Source: an uncultured Candidatus Binatia bacterium
Lineage (GTDB): Bacteria > Desulfobacterota > Binatia > UBA9968 > JAJDTQ01
DNA: 64,000 bases
NCBI GenBank assembly: GCA_965215605.1
Contig: OZ244070.1
Span: 704,001-768,000 of the forward strand
Direction: 5' to 3'
Both the position numbers and the translations under genes were made by a program. Position 1 is the stretch's first letter; every line of letters starts with the position of its first letter. Of the stretch, positions 10,004-19,619 are shown piece after piece. The notes beneath the pieces are model-generated. The model had not been told where the DNA came from. It saw only the letters and a program-made list of their open reading frames with translations, and made no database searches.

Positions 10004-10223
10004 TCCGGATGCCGCACCGGATCTGGCCCGCGGCGGGTGGCCGGAGAAGTTCGCAAGGGCCACGGTGCGCCGCGGGCGACCGCCGGTAGCGAGACCCAAA
10101 ACGGCGATCACGATCCGGCTGTCGGCGAATGTCCTCGACCATTTCAAGGCGGACGGTCCTGGATGGCAGACGCGGATCGATCAAGCGCTTCAGGAATGGG
10201 TCGCGACACATCGCCGCACCTGA
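9966..10223 (+). CDS. brnA: BrnA-family antitoxin
   Basis: RRGRPP...ITIRLSANVLDHFKADGPGWQTRIDQAL. Confidence 0.9.
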   Translation: MNGKENFTARDFDPDAAPDLARGGWPEKFARATVRRGRPPVARPKTAITIRLSANVLDHFKADGPGWQTRIDQALQEWVATHRRT

Positions 10224-10302
10224 TCCTCTCGATCGGCCGCACTTTCCAGCCGGCATCGCCTGCCCGATGGCGGCGCCACCAATACAACCAACAGGAGCAA
10301 CC

Positions 10303-12519
10303 ATGGATCTCAAGGTCGTAGGGCAACCGGTAGGACGCGTGGAGGGTCCGGACAAGGTTTCGGGCACGATGGTTTACACGGCTGACGTGGCGGCGCCGGA
10401 GGCGTTGTGGGGCAAGTGCCTGCGCAGCACCATGGCCCACGCCCGGCTGGCTTGGGTGGACGCATCCCGGGCCCGGCAGGTTCCGGGGGTCCACGCGGTG
10501 CTGACGGGGGCGGACGTCCCGGACGTGCGCGTGGGCATCAGCCTTCAGGACCTGCCGGTGCTGACGCGCGACAAGGTGCGCTTCATCGGCGACAAGATCG
10601 CGGCGGTGGCGGCGGAGACCCTCGAAGCGGCCGAGGAGGCGCTGGCGCTCATCGAGGTGGAGTACGCGGAGCTGCCCGCCGTGGCCGGCATCGAAGAAGC
10701 CCTGGCGGACGGCGCCCCGGCGATCCACGAGCAACTCGCCGGCTATGCCGGCGTGCCCAGCCGCCCGGAGCACCAGCCCAACGCCCTGTCCCTCAAGGAA
10801 CACACCGCCGGCGACGTGGCGCAGGGAATGGCGGCCGCCGAAGTCGTCGTCGAGCACACCTTCCGCACGCCCGGCGTGCACCAGGTGTACCTCGAACCCC
10901 ACGCCACCGTGGTATCGGCCGCCGACCCGGGCCGCACCGACGTGTGGGCGTCGTGCAAGGCGCCGTTCCGGCTCAAGCAGATGCTGGCCGCGCAGCTCGA
11001 TCTCGAAGAGAAGCACATCCACGTCCACGGCGTCGCCTTGGGCGGCGACTTCGGCGGCAAGGGCTCCCAGATGGACGTGCCGGTCTGCTACTACCTCTCC
11101 AGGGCCGCGGGCCGCCCGGTGAAGATGGTGATGAACTACACCGAGGAACTCATGGCCGGCGACCCGCGCCACCCCTCGGTCATGCGCGTCAAGCTCGGGG
11201 CCAGGCGGGACGGAACCCTGGTGGCCCTGGACAGCGACATCTACTTCGACAGCGGCGCCTACTCGGGCTTCAAGCCGTCCGAGATCGACGGCACCTTCAT
11301 CGTCAACGCCTACCGGATCGCCCACTACGCCATCCGCACCTACAACGTCTACACCAACGGCGTGCCCGGCGGTTACATGAAGTCGCCGGGGCAGCCGCAG
11401 ACCGTGTTCGCCATCGAGTCGCTGCTGGACATGCTGGCGCGGAAACTCGGGATGGACCCGGTGGCGCTTCGCCTCAAGAACCTGATGCAGGACGGCGACG
11501 AGCTGCCCAACAAGCGCGCCATGCAGAAGATCCGCTGCCGCGAGACCGTCGAGGCCGCCCTGAAGGCGGCGGGATGGGACACGGAGCCGGCCGGGCCGGA
11601 CACCGGCCGAGGCATGGCCCTGTCCTTCCGCCACACCGGCGGCAGCGGCACGGTCAACCTGGAGATCACTTGCGACGCCGGCGGCGAGGTTACGGTGCTC
11701 ACCGCCATCCCCGACATCGGCACCGGCACGCATACGTTGCTGCGCCAGATCACCGCGGAGATGCTGACCCTGCCGGCGGACCGGGTCCAGGTGGCGCGCG
11801 GCGACACCGACACCTTCGACACCGACGCCGAGCCCGGCGGCAGCAAGATCACCGCCATGGTGGGGCGCGGCCTGGTGGAAGCGGTGGAGGAGCTTCGCGA
11901 CCGGATGACGGAGGCCGCCGCCCAGGCGCTCGGCTGCAAGCCCGAGGCGGTGACCCTGGCGGACGGCCGCTTCAGCGCCAACGGCGCGGCCCTGGCGTTC
12001 GCCGACGTGGCCGAGAAGCTCATCGCCGAGGAGCAGGCGCTTTCGGTTCGCAAGTCCTACCGGCCCGAGCGCTCCCCGGTGCCTGCCTTTTTCGTCCAGG
12101 TGGCGGAGGTCGAGGTGGACCGGGAAACCGGCACCGTGGACGTGAAGAAGGTGGTGACGGCCCACGACGTCGGCACCGTCATCAACCCGTTGGGCCACCA
12201 GGGCCAGATCGACGGTGGCTTCGTACAGGGCCTGGGCTACGCGGTGATGGAGGAGATGGTCAAGGACGGGCCGCGGGTCACCACCCTCAATCTCGGCGAC
12301 TACTGCGTGCCGTGCGTCAAGGACCTGCCGCCGCTGGAGACCGTGCTCGTGGAGGACCAGACCGGACCCGGCCCCTACAACGCCAAGGCCATCGGCGAGA
12401 TGAGCATCGTGCCCACGGCCCCGGCCATCGCCAACGCGGTGGAAGCGGCGGTGGGGGTACGCATCCTGGACCTGCCCATCACCGCGGAGAAGGTGTTCAA
12501 CGCCCTGCGGGAGGGGTGA
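10303..12519 (+). CDS. Xanthine dehydrogenase-family molybdopterin-binding (large) subunit
   Basis: KVSG..YTAD, GGDFGGKG, GQIDGG..QGLG, AKAIGE; AGGAG RBS before ATG 10303. Confidence 0.9.
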   Translation: MDLKVVGQPVGRVEGPDKVSGTMVYTADVAAPEALWGKCLRSTMAHARLAWVDASRARQVPGVHAVLTGADVPDVRVGISLQDLPVLTRDKVRFIGDKIAAVAAETLEAAEEALALIEVEYAELPAVAGIEEALADGAPAIHEQLAGYAGVPSRPEHQPNALSLKEHTAGDVAQGMAAAEVVVEHTFRTPGVHQVYLEPHATVVSAADPGRTDVWASCKAPFRLKQMLAAQLDLEEKHIHVHGVALGGDFGGKGSQMDVPVCYYLSRAAGRPVKMVMNYTEELMAGDPRHPSVMRVKLGARRDGTLVALDSDIYFDSGAYSGFKPSEIDGTFIVNAYRIAHYAIRTYNVYTNGVPGGYMKSPGQPQTVFAIESLLDMLARKLGMDPVALRLKNLMQDGDELPNKRAMQKIRCRETVEAALKAAGWDTEPAGPDTGRGMALSFRHTGGSGTVNLEITCDAGGEVTVLTAIPDIGTGTHTLLRQITAEMLTLPADRVQVARGDTDTFDTDAEPGGSKITAMVGRGLVEAVEELRDRMTEAAAQALGCKPEAVTLADGRFSANGAALAFADVAEKLIAEEQALSVRKSYRPERSPVPAFFVQVAEVEVDRETGTVDVKKVVTAHDVGTVINPLGHQGQIDGGFVQGLGYAVMEEMVKDGPRVTTLNLGDYCVPCVKDLPPLETVLVEDQTGPGPYNAKAIGEMSIVPTAPAIANAVEAAVGVRILDLPITAEKVFNALREG

Positions 12520-12523
12520 CCCG

Positions 12524-13171
12524 TCAGGACTTGGGCCAGGACCTGATCTGGGACTCGGGGCGCAGCCTGCTCTTGTCGTAGGTTTCCCAGTGGACGAAGT
12601 CGTCCACCTTGCGGCGCGGCTTGGGCTTGGGCCGGGCGCGCGGGGTCCCCACCGGCATCACCCAGAGCAGGCGTAGCGAGCGCGGCACCTTGAACAGCGC
12701 GCGCAACTCCGGCTCCACCTCCCTGCGAACCGAGACCCACACCGTGCCGAAGCCCATGCTCGCCGCCGCCAGCATCATGTGTTCCACCGCGTTGGCCACG
12801 TTGGCCTGGAACAGCTTCTCCCGGTCCGCGGGCTGGCGCGTGGTGAGGTAGACCCGCTTGGTGCGCGCGTCGCCGCAGACGAGGACGAGCGCGCTCACGT
12901 CGCCCACGTAGTCCTTCTTCAGCCCCTTGTAATGCACCGGGTCTTCGAGCTTGCGCTGCTTCCACTCGTTGGAATAGATCTCCCGCACCCGCCGCATCTT
13001 CGCCCGGTCGCGCGTCACGACGAACTCCCAGGGCTGGCTGTTGGCGCCGGATGGCGCCAGCCGGGCCGCCTCGAACATGAGCTCAAGCTGCCCGTCGGTA
13101 ATCTGCCCGCTCCTGTACACGCGGACGCTGCGCCGTGTCGCCATCACCTCCAACAATTCCCCTGCGTCCAT
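12524..13171 (-). CDS. Nitroreductase family protein
   Basis: RRSVRVY, APSGANSQPWEF, MMLAAASMGFG. Confidence 0.88.
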   Translation of the reverse strand: MDAGELLEVMATRRSVRVYRSGQITDGQLELMFEAARLAPSGANSQPWEFVVTRDRAKMRRVREIYSNEWKQRKLEDPVHYKGLKKDYVGDVSALVLVCGDARTKRVYLTTRQPADREKLFQANVANAVEHMMLAAASMGFGTVWVSVRREVEPELRALFKVPRSLRLLWVMPVGTPRARPKPKPRRKVDDFVHWETYDKSRLRPESQIRSWPKS

Positions 13172-13266
13172 GTCTGTCCCCCCTTGCAGCCCCTTCCTAT
13201 CCCATGGCAGCCGCCGCACACAAATTGGCATCCTTCGCCACCCTGTGGTAGTTGTCCCGCAGGACC

Positions 13267-14118
13267 ATGGTCAAGACCGTCGGAATCGTCGCCAAGTACG
13301 GGGAGGAAAAGGCCGAGCAGATCATGAGAACCACCATACCGTGGCTCGAGGGCCGCGGCATGGAGGTGCTGGTGGAAGCCGAGTTCGGCACCACCGGGGG
13401 CCGGGTGGCGCTCAAGGCGGAGATGGCGGCCCGGGCCGATCTCATCATCGTCCTGGGAGGAGACGGTACGCTGCTGAGCATCGCCCGTCTGGTGGAGCGG
13501 CCCGAAGTGCCCATCGTCGGCGTGAACCTGGGCGGGCTCGGCTTCATCACCGAGATCGCCCTCGACGAACTGGAGGAGGTCCTCGACAGCACCATCTCCG
13601 GAAACTACACCATCGAGAAACGGATGACCCTGAACGTGAGCATCTCGGGCAAGGCCGGCTCGCAGCACTTGAGAATACTCAACGAGGCGGTCATCACCAA
13701 GGGCGCCCGTTCGAAAATCATCGACCTGGAGACCTACGTCGGCAGCGACTACCTTTGCACCTACCGGGCCGACGGCCTGATCATCTCCACGCCCACCGGC
13801 TCCACCGCCTACTCGCTCGCGGCCGGCGGTCCGATTCTCCATCCCGCCATGGGAGCCATCATCCTTTGCCCCATCTGCCCCCACACCCTTACCACCAACC
13901 GGCCCATCGTCATCGCCAGCGACGCCAGGATCCGGTCCACGCTGGCGTCCGCCGGCGACACGGTGGTGCTGATCCCGGACGGTCAGGAGGGCATCCTCCT
14001 GCACAACGGCGACCGCGTGGAAGTGCGCCGCCACAAGTCGCCGGTTTCATTGGTGAGGATACCCACCCGATCCTACTTCGACGTGCTCCGCAACAAGCTC
14101 AAGTGGGGCGAGCGGTAA
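13267..14118 (+). CDS. nadK: NAD kinase
   Basis: GGDGT, NLGGLGF, LNE, ADGLIISTPTGSTAYSLAAGG. Confidence 0.95.
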   Translation: MVKTVGIVAKYGEEKAEQIMRTTIPWLEGRGMEVLVEAEFGTTGGRVALKAEMAARADLIIVLGGDGTLLSIARLVERPEVPIVGVNLGGLGFITEIALDELEEVLDSTISGNYTIEKRMTLNVSISGKAGSQHLRILNEAVITKGARSKIIDLETYVGSDYLCTYRADGLIISTPTGSTAYSLAAGGPILHPAMGAIILCPICPHTLTTNRPIVIASDARIRSTLASAGDTVVLIPDGQEGILLHNGDRVEVRRHKSPVSLVRIPTRSYFDVLRNKLKWGER

Positions 14119-14125
14119 GACGCCG

Positions 14126-15832
14126 ATGCTGCAGCAACTCCGGATCAGCAACGTCGCCGTCATCGATAGCGCCGAACTGGAGCTGGGGCCGGGACTGAAC
14201 GTCCTCACGGGAGAGACCGGGGCGGGGAAGACCATCGTGCTGTCCGCCCTGGGGCTCATCCTCGGAGCCCGCGGCTCGTCCGACCTCATTCGCGAAGGAG
14301 AGGACGAGGCCATCGTGGAGGCCCTGTTCTCGGACCTGCCCGCGGCCACCCACGACGCCCTGGCGGCGGCCGATTGCAATGCCGACGACGAGCTGGTGTT
14401 GAAGCGGGCGGTCACCCGCGGCGGCCGGAACCGAATCTACCTCAACGGGAGCCTGAGCCCCCGGTCCGTCCTGTCCAAGGTCGGCCCCGGCCTCATCCAC
14501 ATCTACGGGCAGCATGAGCAGCACACCCTGCTCCGCACCGAGAGCCACCTGGGGCTGCTGGACGCACACGGGGATCTTGCGGAGAAGGCCGGGGCCATGA
14601 AGCAGCGGTTCGGTGAGTTCGCGACGGCGTGGAAACGGATGTGCGGTCTCAGGGAGATGCTGGCGGACAAGGCCCGGGAGGAAGCCCTCCTGCGCGCGCA
14701 GCTCGAGGAGATCGAGGATGCCAGGCTCGATCCCGAAGAAGAAGGGACGCTGCTGCACCGGCGCGACATCTTCTCCCATTCCGAGAAGCTCTACCAGACC
14801 TGCAAGGAGGGCGAATCGATCCTCTACGAAAGCGACAACGCCGTGGCCGGCGAGATGGGCCGATACCTCCCGCGGCTTCGGGACATGGCGGCCATCGACC
14901 CGACCCTGGCCGAGGCCGTGACGCTGCTGGAAGGGTCGGCCGCGCAACTGGACGAAGCCATCGCCCTGATCCGCCAATACTCGGACCGGCTGCAGTTCGA
15001 CCCGGGAGAATTGGAACACATCGAGGAACGCTTGGCGGAGATCCACCGGCTGAAGCGAAAATACCGGATGCCGGTTGAGGAGATCCTGGCCCTGGCGGAG
15101 ACGGCGCGGCAAGAGCTGGCGTTACTCGAAACCGGCGAGGAAGAGCTTGCCGTCCTCACGGAAGGATTCGAGACCGTGCGGGATGCGGCATGGAAGATGG
15201 CGAAGGAGCTGTCCCGGGCGCGGAAGCGCGCCGCCAAGGCCCTGAAGAGCGGGATGGAGCGCGAGGTCCGCGATATCGGCCTCTCCGGAGCCACCTTCGA
15301 GGTGCGTTTCCACGACGGCGACCCGGCCCGGGACGTCCCTCCTTTCGTCATGGGAGGCGTTCGGATCGGCGAGGAAGGCGTCGACCACCCCGAGTTCTAC
15401 TTCTCTCCGAACCCGGGAGAATCCGCGAGGCCGCTGGCCCGGATCGCCTCCGGCGGCGAACTGTCGCGGCTCATGCTGGCGATCAAATCGCTGGTTCTGA
15501 CCCGGAGCGGGATTCCCACCCTGTTGTTCGACGAGGTCGACGCCGGCATCGGCGGCAGGGTGGCCGAGATGGTGGGAAAGAAGCTGGCCGCGGTGGCCGA
15601 GGCCCATCAAGTGCTGTGCGTCACCCACCTGGCCCCCATCGCCGCCCTGGCGGACTCCCACCACGTGGTGGAGAAACAGGTGCGGGGCGGCCGGACCTTC
15701 ACCACCGTCCGCCGGCTCGACGATACGGAGCGCATCCGGGAACTGGCGCGCATGCTCGGGGGTGCCGAGATCACCGCGCAGGCAGAACGCCACGCGGCCG
15801 AGATGCTCAGAACCCATGGCGCCGGCCGGTAG
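14126..15832 (+). CDS. recN: DNA repair protein RecN
   Basis: TGETGAGKT, ASGGELSR, FDEVDAGIGG, VTHLAPIA; conserved nadK-recN order. Confidence 0.95.
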   Translation: MLQQLRISNVAVIDSAELELGPGLNVLTGETGAGKTIVLSALGLILGARGSSDLIREGEDEAIVEALFSDLPAATHDALAAADCNADDELVLKRAVTRGGRNRIYLNGSLSPRSVLSKVGPGLIHIYGQHEQHTLLRTESHLGLLDAHGDLAEKAGAMKQRFGEFATAWKRMCGLREMLADKAREEALLRAQLEEIEDARLDPEEEGTLLHRRDIFSHSEKLYQTCKEGESILYESDNAVAGEMGRYLPRLRDMAAIDPTLAEAVTLLEGSAAQLDEAIALIRQYSDRLQFDPGELEHIEERLAEIHRLKRKYRMPVEEILALAETARQELALLETGEEELAVLTEGFETVRDAAWKMAKELSRARKRAAKALKSGMEREVRDIGLSGATFEVRFHDGDPARDVPPFVMGGVRIGEEGVDHPEFYFSPNPGESARPLARIASGGELSRLMLAIKSLVLTRSGIPTLLFDEVDAGIGGRVAEMVGKKLAAVAEAHQVLCVTHLAPIAALADSHHVVEKQVRGGRTFTTVRRLDDTERIRELARMLGGAEITAQAERHAAEMLRTHGAGR

Positions 15833-15842
15833 CCTTCCGCGC

Positions 15843-15872
15843 TTGCCTCCCGGCGGGTCGATCCGGTATGCT
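15843..15872 (+). promoter_or_regulatory. Putative sigma70 promoter for the tRNA
   Basis: TTGCCT-N18-TATGCT about 60 bp upstream of the tRNA. Confidence 0.45.
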
Positions 15873-15933
15873 GAAAGTCCAACGGGCGGTGGACCTCACC
15901 CGACTCCGCCACCGCTTCGATTCGTGTGAGCGT

Positions 15934-16009
<76 letters not shown>

Positions 16010-16034
16010 CGAGTCGGGATCATCCGGAGGCCGC

Positions 16035-17495
16035 GTGTCCCAGATTCCAGCAGCGGATGGGGGAGTTTTCGCAGACTACGATCTGGACCCCGCCTGGTAC
16101 GACGAGATGTTCGGTCCGGACGGGAACCCGCGAGAGGCATCCAGCCGCCTGAACGCGGCCCTGGCGGAACTCGCGCCCGATGATCTGACCAAGCTCCAGG
16201 AAGGCGTCTACCGCCATTTCCTCCACGAGGGCATCATCTTCACCGTCCTCGACGCCGACAAGGCCACCGAGCAAATCATTCCCATCGACTGTGTGCCCCG
16301 CCTGCTGACGGCGGCCGAGTGGGATCACATCGAGCGCGGCCTCAAGCAACGGCTGGCGGCGCTCAACCTGTTCCTGAAGGATGTCTACCACGACGGACGG
16401 TGCCTGCGGGACGGGATTGTACCCATCGACCTGGTGCTGGGCTGCCCCCAGTACCGCATGGAAATGCGGGGGCTGAAGGTCCCGCACGACGTCTACGTGG
16501 CCGTGTGCGGCACCGACATCGTGCGCACCCACGACGGTTTCGCCGTCCTCGAGGACAATCTCCGGGTTCCCTCCGGCGTGTCCTACATGCTCGCCTGCCG
16601 CAACGCCATCAAGGATGCATTCCCGAGGCTTTACCGCGCGCATCGGGTCCGCGAGGTGGCGGACTATGCCGAACGCCTCTACGCCACGCTCGCGTCTCTG
16701 CGCCCGTCGTTGCAGGATCCGCAAGTGGCGATCCTGACTCCCGGCCACCATAACGCCGCATTCTACGAGCACGCCTTCCTGGCAGGGGAAATGGGCATCG
16801 ATCTGGTGGAAGGACAGGATCTCGTCTTGCGCGACGGCGCGTTGCACGCCCGCACCACGGCGGGGCTCCGCCGGGTCGACGTGCTGTACCGGCGCATCGA
16901 CGATGACTTCCTCGATCCGGTGCTGTTCCGAAGCGAATCGATCCTGGGGACGGCAGGGCTCTTCCACGCCTACCGCTCGGGCAACGTCGTGCTGGCCAAC
17001 GCGCCGGGCACCGGCGTGGCCGACGACAAGAGCCTCTACTCCTACGTGCCCCGCATCATCCGTTACTTTCTCGGTGAAGAACCGATCCTGGCCAACATCG
17101 AAACCCATCTCTGTCGCGAGCCGGAGGGGCTGGCCTACACGCTGGAACATCTGGACGAGTTGGTCGTCAAGGAGGTCGGCGGAGCGGGCGGCTACGGAAT
17201 GCTGGTGGGACCCCACGCCTCCGCGGACGAGCGGGCCCGCTACGCCGAACGGCTGCGCGCCGATCCGGCCAACTTCATCTCGCAGCCGGTGCTGGCCCTG
17301 TCCCGCGCGCCCTGCTTCATCGACGGCGCCATCGAGCCGCGCCACGTGGACCTGCGGCCGTTCGTGCTGCAGGGACGCGACGAGCAGCACGTGGTGCCGG
17401 GCGGGCTGTGCCGGGTGGCGCTCCGGCGCGGCAGTCTGGTGGTCAACTCCAGCCAGGGAGGCGGCTGCAAGGATCTGTGGATACTTGAGGACTGA
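16035..17495 (+). CDS. Circularly permuted type 2 ATP-grasp protein
   Basis: YDEM, VLEDNLRVPSGVSY, YRRIDDDFLDP, NAPGTGVADDK, PRHVDLRPF, VNSSQGGGCKD. Confidence 0.92.
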   Translation: MSQIPAADGGVFADYDLDPAWYDEMFGPDGNPREASSRLNAALAELAPDDLTKLQEGVYRHFLHEGIIFTVLDADKATEQIIPIDCVPRLLTAAEWDHIERGLKQRLAALNLFLKDVYHDGRCLRDGIVPIDLVLGCPQYRMEMRGLKVPHDVYVAVCGTDIVRTHDGFAVLEDNLRVPSGVSYMLACRNAIKDAFPRLYRAHRVREVADYAERLYATLASLRPSLQDPQVAILTPGHHNAAFYEHAFLAGEMGIDLVEGQDLVLRDGALHARTTAGLRRVDVLYRRIDDDFLDPVLFRSESILGTAGLFHAYRSGNVVLANAPGTGVADDKSLYSYVPRIIRYFLGEEPILANIETHLCREPEGLAYTLEHLDELVVKEVGGAGGYGMLVGPHASADERARYAERLRADPANFISQPVLALSRAPCFIDGAIEPRHVDLRPFVLQGRDEQHVVPGGLCRVALRRGSLVVNSSQGGGCKDLWILED

Positions 17496-17501
17496 GGGAT
17501 C

Positions 17502-18476
17502 ATGCTCGCACGGGTAGCCGCCGAGTTCTATTGGCTGGGCCGTCACGTCGAACGCATCGAGCACACGGCGCGCCTTCTCCGATTCCAGCTCACCCGTCTC
17601 GCCGACTCCCCGGCGGACGATTTGAACGTCGGCTGGCAAGCCGTGTACCGTATCCTCGGGCAGGCGCCGGTGGGCACGACCGCGAGCGGTGATGAGGCGG
17701 AAGCCATCGTCATCCCCGACGCCTACACGCTGGCCGGCGAACTGGTGGAAGAGCGGTCCAATCCGGACTCGCTGCTGTCATGCTGGGAGTTGGGGCGGGA
17801 GAACGGGCAGCGCGTGCGCGCGCAGTTGCCATTGCCCGTGTGGACGTGTCTCAACCAAGGCTACCTCTGGATACGGGACAGCCATTTCAGCGTGGCCTGG
17901 TCCAAGGGGCCGGCCGCCTTGGTGAACGAAGCCATTGAACGGCTGCGGCTGTTGGCCGGGGTGGTGGAAGACGTCATGCCGCGGGACGACACATGGCGTT
18001 TTCTCGAGCTAGGCCGGTTCACGGAACGGGTCCAGCATCAGGCGGCGCTGCTCGCCTCGTGGGTCGAGCTGAATTTCGAGGAACGGGCCAGCGGCCTCTC
18101 GTGGGCCGAGCTTCTGCGGGTGTGCGGGGCCTACGAAGTCTATTGCCGCCGCCACTCTACCGACGTGGGGAAGAAGGAGGCCGTCAGCCTGCTCACCCAG
18201 GACCCGGGACTCCCCCGCTCGCTGCGCTTCTCGGTCCAGCGCATCGAAGAGTTGCTGGCGGGTATCGACCCGGTGGGTGCCCGTTACCCCTTGGCGCCGC
18301 CGCATCGGATGGCGCTCCGCCTCGTCGCGACCGTCGAGATGGAACCCGCTGGCCTTTCGGCGGAGTCCGCCGCCAGCGACTATTTTCGCTCGGTGGAAAA
18401 TGATGCCCGGGTCCTCCACCGACTGACCATGGCCGCCTACGTGACCCATTCTCCGGCCGAGGGGCTTGCCACTTGA
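17502..18476 (+). CDS. Alpha-E domain protein
   Basis: MLARVAAEFYWLGRHVERIEHTAR and FLELGRFTER (two ER motifs), PRSL. Confidence 0.88.
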   Translation: MLARVAAEFYWLGRHVERIEHTARLLRFQLTRLADSPADDLNVGWQAVYRILGQAPVGTTASGDEAEAIVIPDAYTLAGELVEERSNPDSLLSCWELGRENGQRVRAQLPLPVWTCLNQGYLWIRDSHFSVAWSKGPAALVNEAIERLRLLAGVVEDVMPRDDTWRFLELGRFTERVQHQAALLASWVELNFEERASGLSWAELLRVCGAYEVYCRRHSTDVGKKEAVSLLTQDPGLPRSLRFSVQRIEELLAGIDPVGARYPLAPPHRMALRLVATVEMEPAGLSAESAASDYFRSVENDARVLHRLTMAAYVTHSPAEGLAT

Positions 18477-19327
18477 TCGTCACCTACGCCATCGAGCACC
18501 GGATGCATTTCAGGTACGCCGCGCCCGCCAGGGACTCGGTGATGACGCTGTATGCGTGTCCTGTCCGCGACCGTACCCAGCTTGTCCGTGAGTTCTCCAT
18601 ATCCACCGACCCGGATGGGTCGCTGTTCGATTTCACCGACCCCTTCGGCAATACGGGGTATTTCCTGGACCGGGCCCGCGACCACGAACGGCTCGCGGTC
18701 ACCGTCCGTGCCACGGTGGAGGTGGGCCCGTTGGCGCCCACGCCCGAGCGGCTGGAGGCCGGCGCGGCCGAGGCGATCCGGAGCGCGGCAGCAACCGTCG
18801 AACTCTGGCCGATGGCCCACCCCAGCCGTTTCACCGGCTGGACCCCTGCGCTGGGAGAGTTCATGGAGACCCACGACATCGCCCCGGGAGAGGACCCGCT
18901 GGTGGACGCGCGGGCTCTCTGCGCCAAGCTTCACCGGGTGTTCGAGTACGTTCCGGGAGAGACCCGGGTCGATTCCCCCATCGACCGGATTCTCGAAACC
19001 GGGCGGGGCGTGTGCCAGGACTACGCTCACGTCATGGCCGCCGTCCTGCGCGGCTGGGGGCGGCCCTGCCGGTACGTATCCGGTTACCTCGGTCCTCCCG
19101 CGGCCGGGGTGGCGAGGTGCGAGAGCCACGCCTGGGTCGAGTGCTGGTTTCCCGGACTCGGCTGGATCGGGTTCGACCCCACCAACGACACCGAAGGCGA
19201 CGAGCGTCACATCCGGGTAGCGGTCGGGCGCGACTATGCCGACGTCCCGCCGAGCCGCGGCGTCTTCCGGGGAGCGGCCGGTTCGATCCTCGGAACCGAG
19301 GTCTTCATCGAGAGATTCGCAGACTAG
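18473..19327 (+). CDS. Transglutaminase family protein
   Basis: GVCQDYAH, RYVSGY, SHAWVE, FDPTN, VGRDYADVPP. Confidence 0.92.
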   Translation: MIVTYAIEHRMHFRYAAPARDSVMTLYACPVRDRTQLVREFSISTDPDGSLFDFTDPFGNTGYFLDRARDHERLAVTVRATVEVGPLAPTPERLEAGAAEAIRSAAATVELWPMAHPSRFTGWTPALGEFMETHDIAPGEDPLVDARALCAKLHRVFEYVPGETRVDSPIDRILETGRGVCQDYAHVMAAVLRGWGRPCRYVSGYLGPPAAGVARCESHAWVECWFPGLGWIGFDPTNDTEGDERHIRVAVGRDYADVPPSRGVFRGAAGSILGTEVFIERFAD

Positions 19328-19349
19328 TGTTGCGCTCGCCGTACGGCAT

Positions 19350-19409
19350 GACGCCCCATCCGGTCAACACGCGCGCCACCTCCGTGACGTCCCGCTGCGT
19401 GTAGCCGCC
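19350..19409 (-). pseudogene. Fragment resembling a DUF1800-family protein
   Basis: Reads GGYTQRDVTEVARVLTGWGV, which I recall as a DUF1800 signature; flanks lack the rest of the gene. Confidence 0.5.
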
Positions 19410-19619
19410 GTGAGCTGGTCCTCGCTGGCGATCCTCCAACGACCTCGCGACCTCCCTGGCGACCCCGGGTTGGTCGAACGTGCATGACAACGTATCCTGG
19501 TGAACATATCCAATCTGTGATCCTCGTTACCAGCTGCGATATGTGATATGCGATAGCAGAAAAATCCCCATTCTCCGACTGGCAACGGCGGGGAGCAACC
19601 GAGTGAAGGAGGCTGCAAC

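Noticed and set aside
12524-13171. Nitroreductase as the azoline oxidase for the Gly-Cys peptide
   Set aside because: 31 kb away, generic nitroreductase motifs, and no YcaO gene in the window
13885-13900. Extra Thr codon in NadK (PHTLTTNRP)
   Set aside because: Single in-frame codon duplication; probably neutral
19490-19619. Sigma54, NtcA or GlnR sites upstream of glnA
   Set aside because: Only partial matches (GTG-N8-TAC; TGGCA without the -12 TTGC); not supportable
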